Shown here piece after piece: positions 20,255 to 29,906 of a stretch of DNA of 64,000 nt. Position 1 is the stretch's first letter, and each line of letters starts with the position of its first letter. The notes beneath the pieces were generated by a model. It did no database searches, was not told the origin of the DNA, and was given only the letters and a program-made list of their open reading frames with translations. Source of the stretch: Promethearchaeota archaeon (GTDB lineage Archaea; Asgardarchaeota; Lokiarchaeia; Sigyniarchaeales; SOKP01); contig JABCSY010000005.1 in assembly GCA_018238625.1 (NCBI GenBank), positions 16,746-80,745 on the forward strand, in the 5' to 3' direction. The translations under genes and the position numbers were made by a program.

Positions 20255-22120
20255 GTGAAAAGAATGAAATCAAAAAACACAAGAAATACTGTATTAATTT
20301 CTGTTTTATTAACAATACTCGTGATAAATCTTGGATTCGTTTTTACTAATTTATCATTTTCAAAAGCAACAAACCAAATTACCTTTCTTGAGGGCTTAAA
20401 AACATCGGCAACTCATAATAGCACAATAGCGATTGATGATGCTAATCCTGCTAGTGATTGGGCAACTTGGAAAGCCGCGGGTCTTTGTACTGGTTCTGGG
20501 ACATCTGGAGATCCTTACATTATAAGTGGTGATACATTTAATACGACCACTGGTAGTGAATGTTTGTCTATTCATAATTCTAGAAAACACTTTCGAGTTC
20601 TTAATTGTGAGTTTATAATATCTGGTTTTAGTGTAGGAATTTGGCTCGATAATACCACGAACGGGTTAATTGAAGGTAATCAATTGCCAAGGAATATATT
20701 TTATAATGTATATGTTGATAATTGCAGCCAAATAATTTTAAGGGATAATAATTGTTCAGCAAGCGGAATTGGTATAGTTGTTGTTAATTCAGATTACATA
20801 GATTTATATTCCAACATTGTTAATGACAATGGAGCTTATGGGATTGTCTTTGATAATTGCGAGATTTGTATTATTGAAGATAATGACCTAATAGAAAATG
20901 ATGACGATGGGATATACCTTGACGGTTGCGATTTCGTTACAATTAGAACCAATACTATTATAAATAATACTATTGGCATTAATAACGAAATCTCAAATAA
21001 TACGCAAGTATTAGGTAATACAATTACAAATAACGGTAATCATGGGATTCGAATTTTTCAGAGTTATTGGTGTGAAATTACAGGAAATACAATCACAGAG
21101 AGTATTTCTGATGGAATCAGAGTTGAACAAAGCGATCATAATCTATTTGAATCAAATATGGTAAACGACAATTTCTATGGAATCCATCTTATAACACACT
21201 CAGATTTTAATACAATTTCGAAAAATACAGCCAATGATAATCAAAATAATGGGATTTATCTATCTTTCTGTGATTTTAATACAGTTGATCAGAATACAGC
21301 CAATGATAATGGAAATCAGGGGATATATCTAAGTAACTGTGATTTTAATGTCGTTGATCAAAATGCTGCTAATCATAATGGCGGTGAAGGAGTTTGGCTT
21401 GCAAACAGTGATCATTCAAGTGTATCTAAGAGTATTACTTACAATAACACAGGAAATGGCGTCAGGCTTAATACTGGAATAAATATTACCTGTATTGACA
21501 ATGTAATCTATAATAACCTTGGAAACGGTATTAGATTATTTAATATTGACGATGGCGAGGTGAGGGGAAATAATGTGCATCATAATGGTGAAGATGGTAT
21601 CAGACTTCTTTCAAATTCTGAACGAAATGTAATTACTGGAAATATAGCATCTTTTAATAATTTAAGTGGAATTTCCTTGTTGAGCAGTTCTAATGAAGCT
21701 CTAATCAACAACAATGACGCATCTAATAATGAAGAGCATGGAATATCCGTACAGTTGTGTACAAATGTTGCTATTACCAGTAACATAGCAAACAATAATA
21801 AAATGAATGGTATTAGTCTATTTTCTTCTGACGGTAATTTTATCTTTAGCAATACAGCGAGTGGAAATGTGAACGGAACTAATCTAATTTCCAGCGATAA
21901 TAATATAATTAGTGGAAATTTGCTTTATGGAAACGATTATTGCATGAATGAAACAGATAGCTACCAAAATGTATACTCAGACAATATCTGTACTGCGCCT
22001 ATAACGCCCAGCCCAGGACTAGATCCCTTTATCCTTGGATTGATTATTGGATTAGCTATAGGATTAGGTGCTCTTGCAGCAGTAATAATTCTAAGTTTAA
22101 CTCGAGGAAGGAAGAAATAA
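20255..22120 (+). CDS. NosD/CASH right-handed beta-helix surface protein, copy 1 (likely start ATG 20264)
   Basis: signal anchor, GSGTSGDPYII motif, 22-23-aa N..GI.L rungs, C-terminal LDPF-TM-RGRKK. Confidence 0.88.
   Translation: MKRMKSKNTRNTVLISVLLTILVINLGFVFTNLSFSKATNQITFLEGLKTSATHNSTIAIDDANPASDWATWKAAGLCTGSGTSGDPYIISGDTFNTTTGSECLSIHNSRKHFRVLNCEFIISGFSVGIWLDNTTNGLIEGNQLPRNIFYNVYVDNCSQIILRDNNCSASGIGIVVVNSDYIDLYSNIVNDNGAYGIVFDNCEICIIEDNDLIENDDDGIYLDGCDFVTIRTNTIINNTIGINNEISNNTQVLGNTITNNGNHGIRIFQSYWCEITGNTITESISDGIRVEQSDHNLFESNMVNDNFYGIHLITHSDFNTISKNTANDNQNNGIYLSFCDFNTVDQNTANDNGNQGIYLSNCDFNVVDQNAANHNGGEGVWLANSDHSSVSKSITYNNTGNGVRLNTGINITCIDNVIYNNLGNGIRLFNIDDGEVRGNNVHHNGEDGIRLLSNSERNVITGNIASFNNLSGISLLSSSNEALINNNDASNNEEHGISVQLCTNVAITSNIANNNKMNGISLFSSDGNFIFSNTASGNVNGTNLISSDNNIISGNLLYGNDYCMNETDSYQNVYSDNICTAPITPSPGLDPFILGLIIGLAIGLGALAAVIILSLTRGRKK
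21224..21361 (+). repeat. 69-bp tandem duplication encoding one extra beta-helix rung
   Basis: AATACAGCCAATGATAAT at 21224 and 21293. Confidence 0.85.
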
Positions 22121-22200
22121 ATCCTAACCTTTTTTTTTAATTTTTTTCTTAATTAAATCTAATTGTAATAATGCATGAAAGCATGTCTTGTTATGGTTAC

Positions 22201-22303
22201 ATTTTTCAATTAGGTAATTTTATTCCTCAATCATATTTAAATACTGAAATAATCTTAATACCATATTAACACAAAATATAACAAAAAATAGAGAATGAAA
22301 TAA
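22201..22303 (+). promoter_or_regulatory. promoter region duplicated at 24843-24944
   Basis: ATTTTTCAATT(A/G)GGTAATTTTATTCCTCAATCATATTTAAATAC shared; TATA-like TATTTAAATA at 22234. Confidence 0.75.
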
Positions 22304-24091
22304 ATGAAATCAAAAAACACAAGAAATACTATATTAATTTCTGTTTTTATAGCAATACTCGCAATAAATATTGGATTCGTTTTTACTAATTTACCATTTT
22401 CAAAAGCAACCAACCAACCAACCTTTCTTGAGGGTTTAAAAACATCGGCAACTCATAATAGCACAATAGCGATTGATGATGCTAATCCTGCTAGTGATTG
22501 GGCAACTTGGAAAGCTGCAGGTCTTTGTACTGGTACAGGGACATCTGGAGATCCTTACATTATAAGCAATGATTTGTTTAATACAACTACTGGTAGTGAA
22601 TGTTTATCTATTCGAAATTCTAGAAAACACTTTCGAGTTCTTAATTGTGAGTTTATAATATCTGGTTTTAGCGCAGGAATTTGGCTTGATAATACCACGA
22701 ACGGGTTAATTGAAGGTAATCAATTGCCAAGGAATATTTTTGCAAATATTTTGGCTAATAACTGTAGTCAAATAACTCTAAGGGACAATAATTGTTCAGC
22801 AAGCGTATATGGTATAGCTATTAGTAATTCAGAACATGTAAATTTATATTCTAACATTGTTAATGACAGCTTCGGTGATGGTATTAACCTTGATAATTGC
22901 GAGAGTTTTATTATTGAAGATAATGATGTAATAGAAAATGATGGTAATGGGATAATCCTCGATGATTGCGATTTCGTTACAATTAGGACTAATACTATTA
23001 TAAATAATACTATTGGCATTGATAACGAAATCTCAAATAATACGCAAGTATTAGGTAATACAATTACAAATAACGATAATCATGGGATTCAAATTTTTCA
23101 GAGTCATTGGTGTGAAATTTCAGGAAATACGATTACGGAAAGTAGTAATGATGGAATCAGAGTTGAACAAAGCGATTATAACATGTTTGAATCCAATACG
23201 GTAAACGATAATTACTACGGAATCCATCTTATGACATCATCAGAATTTAATACAATTTCAAAAAATACAGTCAATAATAATCAGGACGATGGTATATTCT
23301 TAGATAATGTGGATTATAATCTCATCGATCAAAACATTATCAATCACAATGGAGGCGAAGGATTTTGGACTACAAATGGCGATCATATGATAATATCGGG
23401 TAATACAGCTTATAATAACACGGGATTTGGTCTACGATTCAATACGGGCAATAATATTACCATCACCGATAACGAAGCATATGAAAATACTCAAACTGGA
23501 ATAAGGTTGTATTCGATAGATGATTCAAAGGTTGAAAATAATTTTGCGCATCATAACGATCAGGATGGTATCAGAATAAGATCTGGAAGCGAAAGAACTG
23601 TCGTAAAAGGGAATGTAGCTATATTTAATAATTACAGCGGGATCTACATCTTTGATAGCTGTGACCATATTACCGTATACCAAAATACCGCATCCAACAA
23701 TGAAGAGCACGGAATTTATCTCGAAGGTTCAGTTAATGTCGTTATCACCAATAATATTGCCAATACAAATAAAATGAACGGAATCTATCTGAGAACAAGC
23801 GATGGCAATTCTATCATAGGTAACACAGCTAATGGCAATGTCAATGGTACTAATCTACAATCAAGTGATAATAATGTTATAATTGGGAACACGTTTCTTA
23901 ATAATGTTTATTGCTACAATGAAACTGCCAGCACAAATAATCTCTTCTCAGACAATATTTGTACAGCTCCATCGGTACCTGCAGCTGGATTAGACCCCTT
24001 TATCCTTGGATTGATTATCGGATTAGCTATTGGATTAGGAGCTCTAGCAGCAGTATTAATTATAAGTTTAGCTCGAGGAAGGAAAAAGTAA
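22304..24091 (+). CDS. NosD/CASH beta-helix surface protein, copy 2
   Basis: near-identical to copy 1 over the first ~980 nt; same C-terminal anchor. Confidence 0.88.
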   Translation: MKSKNTRNTILISVFIAILAINIGFVFTNLPFSKATNQPTFLEGLKTSATHNSTIAIDDANPASDWATWKAAGLCTGTGTSGDPYIISNDLFNTTTGSECLSIRNSRKHFRVLNCEFIISGFSAGIWLDNTTNGLIEGNQLPRNIFANILANNCSQITLRDNNCSASVYGIAISNSEHVNLYSNIVNDSFGDGINLDNCESFIIEDNDVIENDGNGIILDDCDFVTIRTNTIINNTIGIDNEISNNTQVLGNTITNNDNHGIQIFQSHWCEISGNTITESSNDGIRVEQSDYNMFESNTVNDNYYGIHLMTSSEFNTISKNTVNNNQDDGIFLDNVDYNLIDQNIINHNGGEGFWTTNGDHMIISGNTAYNNTGFGLRFNTGNNITITDNEAYENTQTGIRLYSIDDSKVENNFAHHNDQDGIRIRSGSERTVVKGNVAIFNNYSGIYIFDSCDHITVYQNTASNNEEHGIYLEGSVNVVITNNIANTNKMNGIYLRTSDGNSIIGNTANGNVNGTNLQSSDNNVIIGNTFLNNVYCYNETASTNNLFSDNICTAPSVPAAGLDPFILGLIIGLAIGLGALAAVLIISLARGRKK

Positions 24092-24181
24092 TAATTCTCA
24101 CTTTTTTTTATTTTTTAATTTTAATTTTTTACATACAAATTTAATTGATATACTTATTATTTTTATAACTTCTGTGGTATT

Positions 24182-24502
24182 ATGACTGTTAAAACAACGG
24201 TAACAATTGATAGTGATCTACGCAAAATGATTAAGAAACTAGCTGCATGGTTAGATATATCCCAAGGAGAAGTGATCAAACGAGCTATAGCGGAATATGA
24301 AAAAATCATTATTAATAAAGACATTCCAGGTACAAGCAATGCTAGTATTAAAAAGGAAATAGATAAAATCCTTCAAGCAGCAACGGATGCGGTTTGGAAA
24401 GATGACATAAAAACTAAAGAAATCCAAGAAAAATTAAAGAAAGGTCCTAGTTCTATTGATGAAATTATTCTAAACAATTGGGATTTTGGGTTGGAAATTT
24501 GA
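24182..24502 (+). CDS. ribbon-helix-helix (CopG-like) antitoxin
   Basis: KTTVTIDSDL..KKLA..ISQGEVIKRAI RHH pattern, upstream of a PIN gene. Confidence 0.75.
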   Translation: MTVKTTVTIDSDLRKMIKKLAAWLDISQGEVIKRAIAEYEKIIINKDIPGTSNASIKKEIDKILQAATDAVWKDDIKTKEIQEKLKKGPSSIDEIILNNWDFGLEI

Positions 24503-24516
24503 GTAAAAGAATAATT

Positions 24517-24720
24517 ATGGAGAATGAGGAAAAATTAAAAAAGATCGCAATTGATTCTAATATCTTCCGCAATCTAAATTTTATTAATTATCTGAGAATA
24601 AATAAAACGAAAATCCAAGTTTATATTCCTTCCATTGTGAGTTTCGAACTTGGCTATTATTTTCTCACTAAAGGTATTACTTGGGAAGATTTCCTCAAAG
24701 AAATACAAACCTTGATTTGA
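24517..24720 (+). pseudogene. truncated VapC/PIN toxin (N-terminal half only)
   Basis: IAIDSNI and IPSIVSFEL PIN motifs; ends after 67 aa, lacking the D..IAA/TxD motifs. Confidence 0.7.
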
Positions 24721-24842
24721 TATCTTATAGTAAAAACCACTTTAAGTGGCTTAAGCGGATTTCAATCCAATCACCAGAGGAATTTGTTTTAGAAAGGAGT
24801 AAAAAGTAATAATTTTTTAAATAAGTATTGAAAACATAGTTA

Positions 24843-24944
24843 ATTTTTCAATTGGGTAATTTTATTCCTCAATCATATTTAAATACCAAAATTTTCATAA
24901 TACCATAACACCAAATATAATATAAAATTAGAGAGTGAAAAAAA
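24843..24944 (+). promoter_or_regulatory. promoter region duplicated at 22201-22303
   Basis: see 22201; TATTTAAATA at 24876. Confidence 0.75.
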
Positions 24945-26456
24945 ATGAAATCTATAAACAAACAGTTTGTCCTTTTAATCACGATATTATTAGCGTTACC
25001 AATAGTAAATATCAATCTCAGTATGTCAAACCTAGCATCTGTACAAGATCTTGGACACAAAGACTTTTTTGAAAACTTAAAATCCTCCACAATACATAAC
25101 AACTCTATCTTTATCGACGATGATAATCCATTAATGGATTGGGCAAATAGAAGCGCTGAAGGAATCTGTACTGGCTCGGGGACACTTGCAGATCCTTATT
25201 TAATAAGTAATGATGTTTTTGACGTTGCACCAGACGCAATCGCTCTATATATACGAGATTCACGAAAACATTTTAAAGTTGTAAATTGTGATTTTATATC
25301 GGCGACAATGGAAGCAATTTTTCTGTTTAATACTACAAATGGTATATTCGAAGGTAACCAAATAACTGGTTTTAACTATGGAATAGATGTTAATAATTGT
25401 ACAGATCTTACATTTAGAAATAACAATTGTTCATCAGGGGATATTGGTTTTCTTATTCAAAATTCAAAAGATTTATCATTTATCTCTAATGATGCTAATG
25501 GAAATCTTTTTGATGGTTTTGATCTCAATAGCTGTGATAATAGTTTATTTGAAGATAATACTGTGAACGAAAACGGTGATAAAGGATTTGATGTTTTCAC
25601 ATGTAACTCAATTATTTTTCGAGATAATACGGCTAACAATAATGATGATGATGGAATTTATATTAATAACTGTGATTATAATCAACTTATAGATAACACA
25701 TGCAATCATAACGGAGACGAAGGAGCGTTTGTAACAAATAGTGATCACATTATTTTCTCTGGTGGAACGCTTTACAATAATACCGGACATGGATTACGTG
25801 TAAATGTTGGAAGAAATATAACGCTTTCTGGTAACCATGTTTACCATAATTACGAAAACGGAATCAGATTGTACAGCGTAGATCAATCCTTAATTGAGAA
25901 TAATAATGCGCATGACAATAATTGGGATGGAATAAGGATAAGAAATGGATGTGAGCAAAATATAGTACAAAACAATTTAGCTCGATATAACAATCTGAGT
26001 GGTATTTACCTATATAGCTCTACTTCCAACAATTTAATATACGATAATACTGCTTCTTATAATGAAGAACATGGCATTTCTCTTGCATCAGCAGATGATA
26101 ATATCCTTTTAGCTAACGAGGCAAATAACAACGATGAGAATGGTATTCATTTACTTAATAGCATTGGGAATACTCTTATGAGTAACACTGCGAATAACAA
26201 TAATAATGGAACTTATCTGGAAACAAGTAATAATAATATTGTATTAAATAATATATTTCTAGGAAACGACGTTTGTTACAACGAAACAGGCAGTACTGGT
26301 AATATTTTTAAAGATAATATATGTACTTCTGCAGAACTCCCTACAGTTCCATTAGATCCTTTCATTCTAGGATTAATCTTTGGTCTAGGCATCGGTCTTG
26401 GAGCTTTGGCTGCGGTATTGCTAATATTCTTTTTACGAGGAAGAAAGAGGGAATAA
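24945..26456 (+). CDS. NosD/CASH beta-helix surface protein, copy 3 (shorter, more diverged)
   Basis: GSGTLADPYLI, RKHFKVVNC, LDPF-TM-RGRKR. Confidence 0.88.
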   Translation: MKSINKQFVLLITILLALPIVNINLSMSNLASVQDLGHKDFFENLKSSTIHNNSIFIDDDNPLMDWANRSAEGICTGSGTLADPYLISNDVFDVAPDAIALYIRDSRKHFKVVNCDFISATMEAIFLFNTTNGIFEGNQITGFNYGIDVNNCTDLTFRNNNCSSGDIGFLIQNSKDLSFISNDANGNLFDGFDLNSCDNSLFEDNTVNENGDKGFDVFTCNSIIFRDNTANNNDDDGIYINNCDYNQLIDNTCNHNGDEGAFVTNSDHIIFSGGTLYNNTGHGLRVNVGRNITLSGNHVYHNYENGIRLYSVDQSLIENNNAHDNNWDGIRIRNGCEQNIVQNNLARYNNLSGIYLYSSTSNNLIYDNTASYNEEHGISLASADDNILLANEANNNDENGIHLLNSIGNTLMSNTANNNNNGTYLETSNNNIVLNNIFLGNDVCYNETGSTGNIFKDNICTSAELPTVPLDPFILGLIFGLGIGLGALAAVLLIFFLRGRKRE

Positions 26457-26474
26457 ATCTTTTTTCATCAATTT

Positions 26475-27230
26475 TTATTTATCTTTTTTTTTTAATATTT
26501 TTCCTACTACCCCAACATATATAGTAGTTTCATTTTTTCCATCGATTTCGAGTAATTGATTTAACTCATCATCATATAAAGCACCAATCGTACAAGCTCC
26601 TAAACCAAGCGCTTCAGCAATCAGATAAAAATTCTGTCCAATGTGCCCAGCATCTAAATAAATGTATCTATAACACCTCTGTAAATACTTCCATTGAGAG
26701 CGATCAATTACAGCGGTCCAAATAAAGTTCACAGCTGAAGTATAAGCCATATTTTGACCAAGACACCCCTCAGCCACATTACTTCTAAAATCTCCTTCTT
26801 TTAATAAATCTAACGAATGTTCTTGAATGTTATAATGGTAAACTCCTTTTTCTAAACTGGTAACTTTATTAACTACAGGGTAGATTTCGATGGGATATAA
26901 ACCGCCCGCCGATGGGACCGTTCTAAAAGCATACTGAGGAAAAGTCCTGTTTAACCCCGCCATTCCAAACAAGAGCAAACTGAGATCTATTAACGATAAT
27001 GGTTTTTCAGTGAACATCCTTGTTGAGTGCCGATCTTTGATTACTCTCCAAAAATCAATCGTTTTCTCAAAATCAGGTTTTGGAAGTTCGATTTGTGTTA
27101 TTGCGTTCGGATATGTCTTATATGTTTTCGGCTTTCTCGACCAATCTAAAACGTGTTGGGGCATTTTGCTTCTAACATATTTGGATTTTTGCTGAAAATT
27201 ATTTCCATAATGTTCTGAATCTTTTTCCAT
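26475..27230 (-). CDS. SagB/ThcOx-family flavin dehydrogenase (nitroreductase fold)
   Basis: RHSTR, RTVPSAGGLYP, KY..R.YRY..LDAGH..QN motifs. Confidence 0.9.
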   Translation of the reverse strand: MEKDSEHYGNNFQQKSKYVRSKMPQHVLDWSRKPKTYKTYPNAITQIELPKPDFEKTIDFWRVIKDRHSTRMFTEKPLSLIDLSLLLFGMAGLNRTFPQYAFRTVPSAGGLYPIEIYPVVNKVTSLEKGVYHYNIQEHSLDLLKEGDFRSNVAEGCLGQNMAYTSAVNFIWTAVIDRSQWKYLQRCYRYIYLDAGHIGQNFYLIAEALGLGACTIGALYDDELNQLLEIDGKNETTIYVGVVGKILKKKDK

Positions 27231-27288
27231 AAGTTAAATGATTAAAACATCATTAAAAACTTTAAAGTAATAAATTAAAAAATTGGTT

Positions 27289-27882
27289 CTAACGGCTAAA
27301 AAGCTTCCATTGAACGAAATCCTCATCATATTCCTCGAACTTGAGACCTCGTATGAAATTGTAAGATGTTTTATTATCTTTATACACCTTACATCGTAAT
27401 TCTTTCACTCCCTTCTTCTTAAAATAATCCCAGCTTGCTAAACCTAACATTGTTCCTAATCCCTTTCTTTGTAATTCTGGAAGTATTCCCAAACCCGCGA
27501 TAACACTAATTTTTCTATCTGTTCCTGTAAAATAGATCAAGGCAAATCCACTGTCTTTTCCATCAATTTTAGCGATTAGGAAGATTACATTTTCATCTTT
27601 GAGCATTTTAACTATATTTTCTTTATCTAAAGGTCTATACGGCATTGGGGCCGAATGCCATGCGAGATCATGAAGCTTGATTAAACTATCAATATCTTCC
27701 ATGTTTGCTTCCCGAATCTCAGTTTTTAGTATCCCTTGAGATACTTTCTGTTTAATACTTTGTTCAAATTCAGGAGTTATATTTGACACTAGAAGACGCA
27801 TCTGAATAAAGTCAATATCTTTATTACCTAAACTTTTTATATCAGCTGATAATTTATGGATAAAAGATTTTATTCTTCCCAT
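27289..27882 (-). CDS. GNAT acetyltransferase
   Basis: IREA, LPELQRKGLG motif A, DNKTSYNF. Confidence 0.85.
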   Translation of the reverse strand: MGRIKSFIHKLSADIKSLGNKDIDFIQMRLLVSNITPEFEQSIKQKVSQGILKTEIREANMEDIDSLIKLHDLAWHSAPMPYRPLDKENIVKMLKDENVIFLIAKIDGKDSGFALIYFTGTDRKISVIAGLGILPELQRKGLGTMLGLASWDYFKKKGVKELRCKVYKDNKTSYNFIRGLKFEEYDEDFVQWKLFSR

Positions 27883-27979
27883 TTATCTCATCTTAAGATA
27901 TTATCTTCAAATATTATTCTCGAATCATATCAATATAATAAGTTGATCTAGGTTTTTAAAATATTTAAATATCCATCCT

Positions 27980-28143
27980 TAAATGTTTATGTTTAGTCTT
28001 AATGAAATCAGTTGTTCATAAAATAAATAAAAAAATAAAAAGTAAATAAAAGTTTTGTAGTTTTATTTTACTGACTCAAAATACATTAACCATTGCTCGT
28101 CATCTTCGAGAAAATCGGTTCCTAAATGTTTATGTTTAGTCTT
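27980..28143. repeat. 21-bp exact direct repeat TAAATGTTTATGTTTAGTCTT (27980-28000 and 28123-28143)
   Basis: read directly; the second copy lies inside the small ORF and encodes KTKHKHL. Confidence 0.85.
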
Positions 28144-28176
28144 TGCTAAGTCACGTGGAACTGATGTATCTGACAT
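28063..28176 (-). CDS. unannotated 37-aa peptide MSDTSVPRDLAKTKHKHLGTDFLEDDEQWLMYFESVK
   Basis: ATG at 28176 with upstream AGATGGT, open frame, coding-like composition in an AT-rich gap, downstream T-rich tract, same strand as the cluster. Confidence 0.55.
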   Translation of the reverse strand: MSDTSVPRDLAKTKHKHLGTDFLEDDEQWLMYFESVK

Positions 28177-28239
28177 TTTTTTACCATCTTTTTTACTATT
28201 TAATTATCTCGAATAAAAAAAAAAAAATTAGAATAGTAT

Positions 28240-28665
28240 CTATAACGATACCACTTTTGCTCCTTCGCTAATTTCCATGAAACCTGCTGCTCCAATTGGA
28301 TCCTCAACAAAGTCCCACATTTGTTCCCTTTTTATACCCATTAAATCCATAGTCATTTGACATGGGTAAAGCTTTAATTTACCGTCTTCAACTGCGTCCT
28401 TGATTAATTCCCAAGGATTATCAATCCCAAATTTCTTTAATCTTTTCCTAAACATCATAGCACCCATCCCCTTCATTGCGGTTGGCATGCCATTTGCTTT
28501 AGGCTTAAACTTTCTTTTTAAGAGGCTTAAACCCCAAAAGGTAAAGAAAAAGTTCATTTCTTCGTCCATTGCTGCTCCAGTAGTTCCAAGAATAGTCGCC
28601 ATCATAAATTTTTCGAAGGATTTATCACTTACAATAAAACTCATTTTTTCAGCCATTTTAAACAC
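28240..28665 (-). CDS. DsrE2-like (DsrE/DsrF/DrsH family) sulfur carrier
   Basis: FFFTFWGL, YPCQMTMD and GAAGF motifs. Confidence 0.88.
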   Translation of the reverse strand: MFKMAEKMSFIVSDKSFEKFMMATILGTTGAAMDEEMNFFFTFWGLSLLKRKFKPKANGMPTAMKGMGAMMFRKRLKKFGIDNPWELIKDAVEDGKLKLYPCQMTMDLMGIKREQMWDFVEDPIGAAGFMEISEGAKVVSL

Positions 28666-28768
28666 TTTTTTTTTCTGTTTTTTTTTTATATTTTTTTTAT
28701 TTTCAATAAATTTTTAACTAAATTCTCTTGATATGGTATTAAAAAATCTTAATTATTGTCTCGGACTA

Positions 28769-29119
28769 TTACATCCAAGATACTATTTTTAACTTATTGT
28801 CTAAAAGATCTATTAAGTCGTCGTATTCAATAGGTTTAATTTTTTCGTGCGTTTGTTCCAAGTTTATTCCACGAGCCTTCAAATCGGGAATCATCGCATA
28901 TAATGTAACTTTCAAGCTGAGAAGCTCTTCCATTGCTTCTGTAATTCTACCTCTCTTATTAATGCCAATAACCCCATCGTGGATTAAAACTATTCCAATT
29001 TGGCTCCCTTTTTTAATCTGACCTTTCAATATAGGTAATAATCGCTCTAAATGGTTCCCTGTAATTTCGCTAAACCCAAATAAATATAAAAATTTAAATT
29101 CACTTAATTCTTGCGTCAT
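28769..29119 (-). CDS. dsrH: DsrH/TusB-like sulfur relay subunit
   Basis: LIHDGV, DLKARGI, IEYDDLIDL..VSW. Confidence 0.8.
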   Translation of the reverse strand: MTQELSEFKFLYLFGFSEITGNHLERLLPILKGQIKKGSQIGIVLIHDGVIGINKRGRITEAMEELLSLKVTLYAMIPDLKARGINLEQTHEKIKPIEYDDLIDLLDNKLKIVSWM

Positions 29120-29134
29120 TTTTATATTCCTCCG

Positions 29135-29503
29135 TTAAAACCTAAAGCAGGTGTCTGCTTGTTCGATTAAATCGATTAATTCGTCAATACTAATGACTTT
29201 TAAATTCTCGTATTCTATTAAATCTTCAAATGTTAAGCCAGCATCTTTTAACGATTTATCTAAAACATATAATTCTAAGTCAGATAAGTCTGCTATTTCA
29301 AGAAACTCATCTACGGGGTCCATACCAACGACTGTAGGCTTAGCGTGTTTGTTTAAAAGATAAACCGCGTCTCCAGTGAAAACTATTTGGCAATTGATAG
29401 ATTCTCCAAGAGCTACAAATCCCGAACCAATCCGAATCGCTTCAGCAGCAGAATTCTTGCCCGTAGGTGATTGATCGGCTATAATTACAACAGATTCTAC
29501 CAT
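29135..29503 (-). CDS. dsrF: DsrF/TusC-like sulfur relay subunit
   Basis: SPTG..AAEAIR, FTGDAVYLL, YVLDKSL; no catalytic Cys. Confidence 0.8.
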   Translation of the reverse strand: MVESVVIIADQSPTGKNSAAEAIRIGSGFVALGESINCQIVFTGDAVYLLNKHAKPTVVGMDPVDEFLEIADLSDLELYVLDKSLKDAGLTFEDLIEYENLKVISIDELIDLIEQADTCFRF

Positions 29504-29508
29504 AGTTT

Positions 29509-29877
29509 TTAACCCCCCGTTCCGAAAACAATTAATTTATCTGAATCGATCGCCCAATTTGAGAAATCTCCTAATCCCTCTTCGGTAGCTCCATCTATGA
29601 AATTGCTTTCATTTAACCCTGTAAGACTAACCCAAGTACTACAACCGACAACTGGTATATTGTTTTCACCGCAAAAATCTTGTAACTTCTTTGGAATGTT
29701 CCTGATTGTAGTGCCACTGCTAATGTCTTTCTTTAGGTTGTATACTCCCGAGCCGTAAAAGAATAATCCCTTGACCGTATTTCCCTTCCTAATAATAGCT
29801 TTGCAAATCTCAATTAAAGAATCAACAGCTTCAAATTTATAGGGTTCTGTGCTAATAAAGAAAACATATTTAGACAT
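29509..29877 (-). CDS. dsrE: DsrE/TusD-like sulfurtransferase
   Basis: TEPY, FFYGSGV, active-site GCSTW, GLGD. Confidence 0.8.
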   Translation of the reverse strand: MSKYVFFISTEPYKFEAVDSLIEICKAIIRKGNTVKGLFFYGSGVYNLKKDISSGTTIRNIPKKLQDFCGENNIPVVGCSTWVSLTGLNESNFIDGATEEGLGDFSNWAIDSDKLIVFGTGG

Positions 29878-29906
29878 AATAATATCCTTACTCCATATAA
29901 TGCGTT

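Noticed and set aside
20255-26456. Diversity-generating retroelement targets
   Set aside because: No reverse transcriptase, and the differences between copies are not adenine-specific
26475-28176. Classical azole RiPP cluster
   Set aside because: No YcaO cyclodehydratase, the peptide has no Cys-rich core, and stand-alone SagB-like genes are common
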